This document shows positions 55,996 to 64,000 of a stretch of DNA of 64,000 nucleotides, one piece after another. The stretch comes from Epithemia pelagica. Its lineage: Eukaryota; Protista; Bacillariophyta. Location: the NCBI GenBank assembly GCA_946965045.2, contig OX337229.1, forward strand, positions 3,348,001 through 3,412,000, in the 5' to 3' direction. Both the position numbers and the translations under genes were made by a program. Numbering within the stretch: position 1 is the stretch's first letter; each line of letters opens with the position of its first letter. The notes beneath the pieces were generated by a model. That model was not told where the DNA came from. It made no database searches and was given only the letters and a program-made list of their open reading frames with translations.

Positions 55996-57150
55996 ATGAG
56001 TGCCGCCGCAGCTCGACGTCGTAAGCAGCTCGCTGCACGCAAAGCGTCCGAAGGTGAAGACGGGGTTAACCTACAGTTGAAGAAACTCTTGTCTCCGGAT
56101 GAAACGTTGGATGAGGCAACGGCCTACGAAGCATTGCAACTTGCTCAAAGCCAGGTCCGCAAGAAGGTTCACGCCGGAGACTTTGGAGGCGCCTGTGAGT
56201 TGGCCTTTCAAGCAAGCTTGTCTTTGCTGAAGAAGGAAAGAGTGTCAGTGGCAAGTCAACTTTTGACATTGTTGGTTGAGGTTCTTCGAGAAACGCACAC
56301 CCCGGATAGCGAAGACTGGGTGACTCGCTTGGTGGAGTTGAACCAAGCTCATGGTGCGGCAATGGAGGGCCAAACTGGACAAGAAGCGACTCGCCTTCAT
56401 CGATTGCAGCGAGATTGGTTGCGGTCGTGCACTGGTTGGAGTTCGGAACTAGGGACCATTAAGTACGGAAATAATCGCTTGCAGGAGGTGATTGGAGAAC
56501 AGTGCTGGAAATTATCGAAACTCGAAGAAGAAAGTGAAGAAGTCGTTGATTTGCAGTGTGATGCGGTGCAACACATGTGCTTGGCTGAAAAACCGGATAA
56601 AATTGCTGCTTGGCTTAAGAGTCTTCCTGCTCCAACGGAAGAGGAAACTAGGAGTGGCCATACCTGTCCTCCCGCGGTTAGGGATGCCCTCCTCACACGA
56701 TCCTTGCTTCTGCTTTGTGCAATGGAAAACTTGCGTGATGCTAACGTCCTTCTACGGTCATACATTGGCGACGTGGAGGACCGAGATATCAAAGTGTTGG
56801 CCGAGTCCTATACAAAGAAAGATGATGGCCAAGCACCATCTCATGCAATTTTCGGATGCATGCTTCTTCGCATTTGTGAAAAGGATACGCGCACAGGACC
56901 TCTATACAGCTGGTTGCTGCGCTCATTCAAGAGAGAACTCGATCGATTGCATAATCCGTCGGTTGTTATCGGCTATTCCACCAAGATTGGCAAAACCTTT
57001 TTTAACATCCAACCTCCACCAAGCATGCTCAACATGATGGAGAACATGATGAATATGATGGGTGGCGGAGGTGCTGGTGGTGCTCCCGCCATGAATCCTG
57101 CAATGATGCAAGCTGCAATGGCTCAACTGCAGCAAGGAGGCATGATGTAG
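55996..57150 (+). CDS. GET4: Golgi-to-ER traffic protein 4 (TA-protein targeting)
   Basis: YEALQLAQS, LLTRSLLLLCAMENLRDAN and IGKTFFNIQPPPSML motifs; Gly/Met-rich tail. Confidence 0.8.
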   Translation: MSAAAARRRKQLAARKASEGEDGVNLQLKKLLSPDETLDEATAYEALQLAQSQVRKKVHAGDFGGACELAFQASLSLLKKERVSVASQLLTLLVEVLRETHTPDSEDWVTRLVELNQAHGAAMEGQTGQEATRLHRLQRDWLRSCTGWSSELGTIKYGNNRLQEVIGEQCWKLSKLEEESEEVVDLQCDAVQHMCLAEKPDKIAAWLKSLPAPTEEETRSGHTCPPAVRDALLTRSLLLLCAMENLRDANVLLRSYIGDVEDRDIKVLAESYTKKDDGQAPSHAIFGCMLLRICEKDTRTGPLYSWLLRSFKRELDRLHNPSVVIGYSTKIGKTFFNIQPPPSMLNMMENMMNMMGGGGAGGAPAMNPAMMQAAMAQLQQGGMM

Positions 57151-57484
57151 AAAGTAATCCATACATTGGAGAATAGGAGTAACTATTAGGATGGCCAATG
57201 TCATTTTTTCTGCCTCTCTCATGCCACATGCCATAAGTAGCGACTGCTGTCATCGTTGCTGTAGCTTCCCCGGATTCCCCAATTATACCTGGACCGTCAC
57301 TGAGGTCCATAGACCATAGACCGGCGCTGGATGTGTCCCTAATCCGTAGATCGAGTTAGTTTATTCGTTACACGTGGAAGTTCGACGCCACATCTTCCGA
57401 CCCATCGCCATGTTATCCATCACAAAAAATCTAAAACAGACATCAAGATCCTGGTGTGATTACCCAAGACAACTTTTCTCGATC

Positions 57485-60295
57485 ATGAACGCAAAGCTCT
57501 TGATCCTCGGTCTCCTGCTTCAGCTCATACCTAACTCAAACTCTTCGGCAGTCAGCGGTAGTGGGAACGCCAACGCATTGGGTCGAATTGACCAATCTCC
57601 CTCATCTGTGAAAAAGAACGCGACTGGAAAGAAAAAGGTCAAGAAACGCAAGTCACGAAAATATGAGGAACCCAACTCCAAAATGCAAGCGAAAGAGTTA
57701 CCGAAGGCTGAAGACGGTCAACGCAAAGAAAAAAGCAGGAAACGCAAAAGAAAGGTGAAGGTCTGGAAAAAGGTATCAAAATCTGATGCCAACGATATCG
57801 TTGACACAAAAAATCTACCTCAGGAAAGGCATGAAAGATCCCTCAAAAGATCTAATACAACAGGTGCTTCTCGGCATAGAAGGAAAAAGATACCAAAACG
57901 TGAAAGTTTCGCGACAATGAATGACGGGGACGTGCACTCGGAGCTCCCTATCATTCGGGACGCCGTGGGTACCAGAAAGAAGATTATCATCAAGAAAAAG
58001 AAAAAGCGAAAGAGTGTTGTCGTCCGACCAACGTCGCCACCGGTTGTCATCGAATCGAAAGAAGACATAGGAAATGCAAGTGTTCGAAAAGAGGAAAAGA
58101 CCGAAGGAGCCAATGAAACTCTACTGACGGAAGACAATCCACCGCCTTCAAGGCAAAACATTACAAAAATGTTTCGGGAACAACCTGAGAAAGATTCAGA
58201 AGTAACAATGTCCGAAATTGTTTCGACCAGGATGAACGTTTCGACTTCTACGAATGTGAACAGTGATATAATTCCTGATGAGAGGAACGTCACTAGTATG
58301 TCCATTGGTCCACAAACTGATGATGAACGGCCTTTGGATTTCCTCGAGAACTTTACAAAAGAGCACGTTGCAACAAAATCCCTCGAGAGACTTGATGCTG
58401 AGACTGGAGTCCAGTTCAATCAAACTGCGTCGAATGAGCCAAAACAAGAAGCTCCTCTTGATTCAAACGATGCTAGAGCTTTCGTCCAAAACATAACGGC
58501 AAATCCTGAATCGAGGAGTTCTCCCGCGGACATGAACAGCACGTCCGTTGTCCCTATCGGTGAAGCGAATTCAACTTATGAAACTTCATCGATAGTTGTA
58601 ACAACGAGTTTGAGCCAAAATAAGTCAGTCGATTCGAGCACATTCGATCAGCTGCCGAGTGGCAGCTCGATTGACATTGGAAGTGAACCGATAAAAGCAG
58701 ATGAAAGCAATATTTCTGAACCATTTAAAGAACAAGACCTTGTTATTCTGAACGGAGGAAATCAATCAGATATTGCTCTTACTGACTCAGAAGAGTCGAT
58801 CAAAGTCAACACCACAAGTAGAACAAGCGTTGAAAAGGCGGGACCACGAGGCCTCTCTTTCCCATGGAACAGGAATCCCAGGTCACGAACCATATTGGAG
58901 ACGAAAGCAACCAACTCATCAAACAATATCACCGGAGTTCCTCTGAACCATACTCTTATCAATTCAGCATCATCTATGGGTGGTGTTGGGGAAGCAACGT
59001 GCAGCTTTGACGAGAGCTCGTCAAACGAAACTTGTCTACTTTCGAATGAGACCATTGGTGAGGTCGACTCGAAACAGGACGAGGCGCTAAATTCTCCGAA
59101 ATCAGTTGCAAAGCCCCATAGTACGGTTTGCGCTGTGCAAAAAGTCGCTGCGAAAGCAGCACTCATTGGACTACGCAAAGAATTGATATCATGTGAAGAT
59201 GACGATACAGATATGCATGTCTCGGTCGTGACATGGAATTTAGCGGAAGAGTCGCCAGAGGAGGAAGACGCCAAATTTTTCAGGAGATTCCGCAAATCCG
59301 GTATGGACAGAAATAGTAGTGATTTTGTCTTGATATCTGGGCAAGAATGTGAGAACATCAAGCCTCGACGTACGGAAGGTCATCGTTCACGAGAGTTTCG
59401 CCGTCTCATGATCAAGATGTTGGGCAGAGACTACGCACCTATTGCCATGCACCTTTTGGGCGGCATACAATTTGGTCTCTTTTGCCGAACGTCTGTTCTT
59501 GACGATATTGAACACGTATCTGTTGCCGACGTCACTTGCGGTATAGGAAATGTGTTTCATAACAAGGGCGCCATCGGTGCGTTTGTCCAAATGAAAGCAC
59601 GGAACGAAAAAAGTAATCCTGCTATCCGGCGATCCAAGTCACTCCGAATGCTGTTTGTGACGGCACACCTAGCCGCCCACGTGAAGCACTTCGAAGCTCG
59701 TGATTCGGACTTTTGGCGCATTGTATCGGAACTGGAAGCCCAGGCACCTGAAGACTTCCTTCCCCGTCGGGATAATGAGGAATCGAGTAGTAAGGTTCTC
59801 TTGAACGCCATGGATAGAATATTCTTCTGTGGAGACTTGAACTACAGAATGGACCTTCCTCGAGAAGTGGCTGAAAACACTGTCCGAGAAATGGGCCTTA
59901 CTCAAAAAGTCGGAATAAAAGAAGATCTCCGGGCTTCCCTGTTACGATATGATCAACTTCATTCTTCTATGGCAGATCGAAGAGCGTTCCCGTCGTTTGC
60001 AGAAGGCAAAATCAGTTTCCCTCCGACATTTAAGTTTGACAAGGACTCTGATGATTATGACACATCACACAAACAACGAATACCAGCGTGGACAGATAGA
60101 GTGCTCTTCAAGCCTGTCGGTACACGAGTGGTCGAGTACAAGTCCGTGGCGACTGCTCGGCATTCAGACCACCGCCCAGTTCATGCCACTTTTCGTGTCA
60201 ACTCCAGAGGACGAATACTGCCTGAACTTCGTAAGAAAGCCACAAAGATGCGACGAAAGGGAAAGACGAGCAAGAAAGGGCATCCGAAGAAATAG
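57485..60295 (+). CDS. Inositol polyphosphate 5-phosphatase with signal peptide and long low-complexity N-terminal extension
   Basis: VVTWNL, ISGQEC, GNKGA-like HNKGAIG, FVTAHLAAH, FFCGDLNYR, FPPTFKFD, PAWTDRVLF and SDHRPV motifs; start placed at Met 57485 (MNAKLLILGLLL). Confidence 0.92.
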   Translation: MNAKLLILGLLLQLIPNSNSSAVSGSGNANALGRIDQSPSSVKKNATGKKKVKKRKSRKYEEPNSKMQAKELPKAEDGQRKEKSRKRKRKVKVWKKVSKSDANDIVDTKNLPQERHERSLKRSNTTGASRHRRKKIPKRESFATMNDGDVHSELPIIRDAVGTRKKIIIKKKKKRKSVVVRPTSPPVVIESKEDIGNASVRKEEKTEGANETLLTEDNPPPSRQNITKMFREQPEKDSEVTMSEIVSTRMNVSTSTNVNSDIIPDERNVTSMSIGPQTDDERPLDFLENFTKEHVATKSLERLDAETGVQFNQTASNEPKQEAPLDSNDARAFVQNITANPESRSSPADMNSTSVVPIGEANSTYETSSIVVTTSLSQNKSVDSSTFDQLPSGSSIDIGSEPIKADESNISEPFKEQDLVILNGGNQSDIALTDSEESIKVNTTSRTSVEKAGPRGLSFPWNRNPRSRTILETKATNSSNNITGVPLNHTLINSASSMGGVGEATCSFDESSSNETCLLSNETIGEVDSKQDEALNSPKSVAKPHSTVCAVQKVAAKAALIGLRKELISCEDDDTDMHVSVVTWNLAEESPEEEDAKFFRRFRKSGMDRNSSDFVLISGQECENIKPRRTEGHRSREFRRLMIKMLGRDYAPIAMHLLGGIQFGLFCRTSVLDDIEHVSVADVTCGIGNVFHNKGAIGAFVQMKARNEKSNPAIRRSKSLRMLFVTAHLAAHVKHFEARDSDFWRIVSELEAQAPEDFLPRRDNEESSSKVLLNAMDRIFFCGDLNYRMDLPREVAENTVREMGLTQKVGIKEDLRASLLRYDQLHSSMADRRAFPSFAEGKISFPPTFKFDKDSDDYDTSHKQRIPAWTDRVLFKPVGTRVVEYKSVATARHSDHRPVHATFRVNSRGRILPELRKKATKMRRKGKTSKKGHPKK

Positions 60296-60373
60296 ATTGC
60301 TACATAAGGAACATCTCATAGCTACAGCAAACTAAGTGGTTTTGCCTAAAGAAGTAAAGGTACCCTAGTGTTC

Positions 60374-61700
60374 TCAAGGTTCAAACTTGAACATAACAAA
60401 GTCGTGGTATTCTTCTTCGCCCTCTTCCTGCTCGGTAGCTTCTACGTTCCCGAGATGCTTGTCAAGGGCATTTACAAGCTCTGAATCTTTTCCGTAGTTC
60501 GCTTTGTAGAGAACCGCTGTGAAATCGACGGGAAGACCGTACCGAAGTACACTCTCAACAAAGACGCGGATTACCTTAATATGCATCCAGGCAACATAAC
60601 TGTCACCATAATGATTTTTGCACCATCGCATGAGTGCCGACCTCATGCCGTCAACTTCTACCGACATTTGTTCCAATGCCATGGCTGATTTGTTCGCTTG
60701 GCTTGGATCATACTGAAATTCACGTACAATAAAGCGCTTTTCCTTGCATGCCTTTGTGAATTCTTCCTCAAAATCGATCTTTGCGCCTGGTTGAAACTCG
60801 CCATTTTCGTAGTAGCCCGCTTCGTATTGACCCTTGAGGATGGTGACTGTATAGAGCATTGAGTCCTCGTCACTATGAACAACCTGCATAGATCCCGGTA
60901 CAACGGGAGATCCACGAACCTTGTGGCGGTCGACGTGTGATCCAAAGCTGACAGGTTCACCAAGTTTCGTAGAGTCTCGTGACCAATCTGGACCTCCATA
61001 GCCAACCAAAGTGTTGCCCAATTTTTCGAGACTGCTCTCAAAGTTTTCCTTCAGTGCTTTGGGCACAGCGATGAAAATGGTTTTGAGGTATTCCGAATCA
61101 ATCACCTTAACCTTCCTCATGATATCTTCAGTAAGTACATCATTGAGATCAGCAACAAGAAGATTTCCTTGCTTCTTTCGCTTGGCATCCTGCAATGCTA
61201 CCTGTTTGTCACCGTAGGACTGAAGCAACTGTTTGAGTTCTTCTTCGATAGCCACAGCTCCTCCAGTAATGAGGGAGACAAGCTCTTTAAGAGGCCGCCG
61301 GCTAGGGTATTTTGCTGAGTCCCACGCAAACTGTTGAATGTATCGAGTGGCGGGGACACCTCCAACCGACAGCTCGACTCCTTTACGTTCTGACAGCTCG
61401 GCGGCTGTCTTTTCAATTTTTCGGACGATCTGTTCTACTAAAGAGTCGGTTTTGCCCATTTCGTCACTGAGATTCATGAGAGTATCCAAGGTACCGACTG
61501 TCAACGAGGGAACCTCGAATTTGAACATTTCTGAACCAGTCTGAGTGTGAGAAGGCAGTCCGATACGATCGCATTGCTCGTGTCTACGTATACATACCAC
61601 CAAAAGGACGCTCTGGACAAGCAGCCGCAGACTGCATTTTACGGTAGGCTTGCTCTGGGGCACCGCCAGCATTAGCTATCGCAGCGATTACGTAACTCAT
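60374..61700 (-). CDS. VMA5: V-type H+-ATPase subunit C; complement(join(60374..61530,61598..61700)), 419 aa
   Basis: VPSLTVGTLDTLMNLSD, FAWDSAKYP, FIVREF and WMHIKVIRVFVESVLRYGLP motifs; 67-nt intron (G|gtatgt ... ttcag|AA). Confidence 0.95.
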
Positions 61701-61985
61701 GATGAAAATGGTGAGAGCAACGTTGAACACAGTCGTCGATCCACAGGACGAGAGCGCAACACAACAGCAATTCACTATGTCGGTTGGAAAACAAAGTCCA
61801 CCATCAAAACCTCCTACAAAAGCGATGGCACTTGTACATATAGATCCACTCTCGTTCCACTCGCCGATCCGTCTTTGGCTCGACCGGCGCACGTAAAGGG
61901 TGAGTGGAGCTACCTTAGTGCGACTACGTTGGTTGCTGGTGGGTGTGGAGCCCAAACACAGGGTCAGTCCTATTGTCCCCTCAAG

Positions 61986-64000
61986 ATGGATCTAGGAAAC
62001 GACGATGATGACTTGTTCGCAAGTCTCGGAGGTTCTCTGATGAAGAACCTCCTTGCAGATTTGAATGACGAATCGGGAACGGGAGGGCTGCTGTCGCTTG
62101 AAGAACTTGAACAGGAGTTGGCTCATTTTGAAGATCGGGCTGCTCCAGTCAGCGTGGCAGCATCTCCCGCTATGAATACAACCACTGCCAACACGGCAGC
62201 CTCCATGGTTGTTCGTGCACAAGAGCAGATCCAAAACGCGAGCGCTAATCAGAATGATAGCTTTCCAAATACCATGGGAACTCCGCCTCTGGATGCTTGG
62301 AGCCTTTCGCTGGAGAAGTTCACAGCGGCTTCGCTACAAGAAGATTTTTTGCTGGCTGATTCAGAGAGAAAGGCAAAAAGTTCAGGAAAACCCGCGGCAA
62401 AAATGGAGGATAATTCTGCACTCTTTAGTACTGCAGAGGAGTACGATGTATCCGAGCCGATGCTTGTTTCTCCTCCGCCCGGTCTTGCAGCGCGGAGCAG
62501 TGATAGTGCCGCCGAAAGTCTTGTTCAGCAGTTAACAACAAAGCTGGAAACAGTAGCAGTTGTGGATAGTTCTTCCAAACCTTCTTCGGAGGAGATTGCC
62601 TCTCGACCACCGGTGCCTCATCGCCATAACTTGCCTCGAACACCACAGAATTCACTGAATCTCAATCTCCCCAAACCACCGCCGCCGACGCCACAAAATT
62701 CGGTTAGCGTGAACTTGGGAGTTTCGCCAACAAATAGCTCTTCGGAAGCTCTTGAAAACATTCCCATTGTCCGTGAGGAGGCCTTGCAGAATAGACACGT
62801 TTTGGGAGAACCGCCAAGTTCCATCCCTCCGCTTTCCCATGTAACTGGTTCGCCAGAGCCCAAGGTTGCAAATCTTGTCAAACCGATTGTTCCACAGGTT
62901 TCTTCCCCACCTCCAGCTGCACCTAATGCATGGAACAGACCTCCAGCTCACCCCATGAGCTCTCCTATGGCGTCACCACCACCACCACCGCAGCCTGTCA
63001 GTGCCCCACAACCACGAACGATTCTCTATTGCAACCCTCGTCCGGATGCGAAGACTATACCAGCCACTGCCATTGCGGCAAATTTTATGTCGGCTCGCGA
63101 TATTTCCTACGTCGTTCATTCGATCTTGAAGCCTATTCTTAACCATCAGCTGCAAAATCCAGTTTCTCCGTTTGACTACGATCGAGCATTTTTGCAGAAA
63201 ACCATGGGAGTTCAGCCATTGGCGCCCACTGTGGCTGGTAGAAATCAGTCGAAAGCCTCTCCGGGCGGACAACAAGGAAAGTCGTTGCAGGAAGAAATGG
63301 AGAGTCGTGCGGCCAAGGCAAAAAACTGGTCCGTCGAGAACTCCGTGTTAGGCCGAACCACGAAATCTCAGGTTACGCGCCCTCGGGCCCTGATTGCACA
63401 ACCGACCAAGGAGGAACTTGAAGAGGCCAACAATAATTCTGAGCAACGTCAAAGACAGGCGCTGTGGAAGGCTCGAATCTATTGCGACCAAGCATATCAG
63501 GCGTACATGAATGTGGTACAAACCTGGCACGAAGTTGCGGCTTCACCCAACAGTGCCATGACACCTTCGGCTGCCGCAACTCTTCAACCACATTTGTTCA
63601 AGTTACTGCGATGCCTGGGATTGTCCCGAAGTGACAATAGTCAAGATGTGGAATTGACAAAAGAATCTCAGCAGCAGCTATCGTATGTCGTGGCGAACGA
63701 ATCGGCCTTGCCTCTTTTGACCAAGTTGCCAAAGGGACGCATTCTTTTGGCCCGTGTGTTGGATCAAGCCTTGCTCCCACCCGCTGCTGTCGCGGTATTG
63801 TTGCCCTCTTTATTCAAGACCATGTACTTATTACCCATGCCCAATATTCCAGCGTCGACAACTCCGACAGACCAAAACATGGCCGATATCTACAGCGCGG
63901 CGGCCGCTCAAGAACAGGCGAATGATCGCGTGTTCGCCGCAGCCACCCGTGTCCTTCAAACCTTGCCGGAGATTCCCCAAACCGAAATCCTCAAGGCTTT
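61986..64000 (+). CDS. PAT1: mRNA-decay factor Pat1-like protein, truncated by the window end (absent from the ORF track because it has no stop in the window)
   Basis: Read from ATG 61986 (MDLGNDDDDLF); acidic N-terminus, Pro-rich middle, FMSARDISYVV, LGRTTKSQVTRPRALI and KLPKGRILLARV resembling Pat1 mid and C domains. Confidence 0.7.
   Translation, partial: MDLGNDDDDLFASLGGSLMKNLLADLNDESGTGGLLSLEELEQELAHFEDRAAPVSVAASPAMNTTTANTAASMVVRAQEQIQNASANQNDSFPNTMGTPPLDAWSLSLEKFTAASLQEDFLLADSERKAKSSGKPAAKMEDNSALFSTAEEYDVSEPMLVSPPPGLAARSSDSAAESLVQQLTTKLETVAVVDSSSKPSSEEIASRPPVPHRHNLPRTPQNSLNLNLPKPPPPTPQNSVSVNLGVSPTNSSSEALENIPIVREEALQNRHVLGEPPSSIPPLSHVTGSPEPKVANLVKPIVPQVSSPPPAAPNAWNRPPAHPMSSPMASPPPPPQPVSAPQPRTILYCNPRPDAKTIPATAIAANFMSARDISYVVHSILKPILNHQLQNPVSPFDYDRAFLQKTMGVQPLAPTVAGRNQSKASPGGQQGKSLQEEMESRAAKAKNWSVENSVLGRTTKSQVTRPRALIAQPTKEELEEANNNSEQRQRQALWKARIYCDQAYQAYMNVVQTWHEVAASPNSAMTPSAAATLQPHLFKLLRCLGLSRSDNSQDVELTKESQQQLSYVVANESALPLLTKLPKGRILLARVLDQALLPPAAVAVLLPSLFKTMYLLPMPNIPASTTPTDQNMADIYSAAAAQEQANDRVFAAATRVLQTLPEIPQTEILKA

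Overview
Gene-dense eukaryotic nuclear DNA, most likely from a pennate diatom. Evidence: short GT-AG introns (mostly 59-112 nt), bipartite signal-peptide plus plastid-transit N-termini, and diatom-type ankyrin, LRR and sulfotransferase-like families. About 30 protein genes are supported, several rebuilt by hand across introns that the six-frame track splits. They include a LAG1 ceramide synthase, a two-exon PPR protein, URB1, ECD, a Cu P1B-ATPase, hemE, a thioredoxin-like protein, a CaMK, DIM1, PAM16, a mitochondrial phosphate carrier, NDUFAF6, FBXO9, a GT34 glycosyltransferase, GET4, an inositol 5-phosphatase, VMA5 and PAT1 (truncated at the window edge). Most short ORFs in the track are antisense or off-frame shadows. 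The strongest unexplained signal is a ~1.5 kb non-genic cassette (44061-45540) between divergent PAM16 and the phosphate carrier. It has TTAA at both ends, degenerate inverted termini, two dense mirror-arranged arrays of TTCACAT motifs and GAAnnTTC dyads, long palindromes, and a decayed low-complexity core. Other leads: a heavily N-glycosylation-primed, signal-peptide-bearing inositol 5-phosphatase; a dsRBD protein with a ZNF207/BuGZ-like tail; a 2OG-Fe(II) oxygenase with an in-frame TAA between its catalytic residues; a metallothionein-like tail on the Cu-ATPase; a 79-bp tandem duplication carrying a perfect palindrome; and a possible structured ncRNA at 42.9-43.1 kb. All family assignments are from motif recognition, not database searches.
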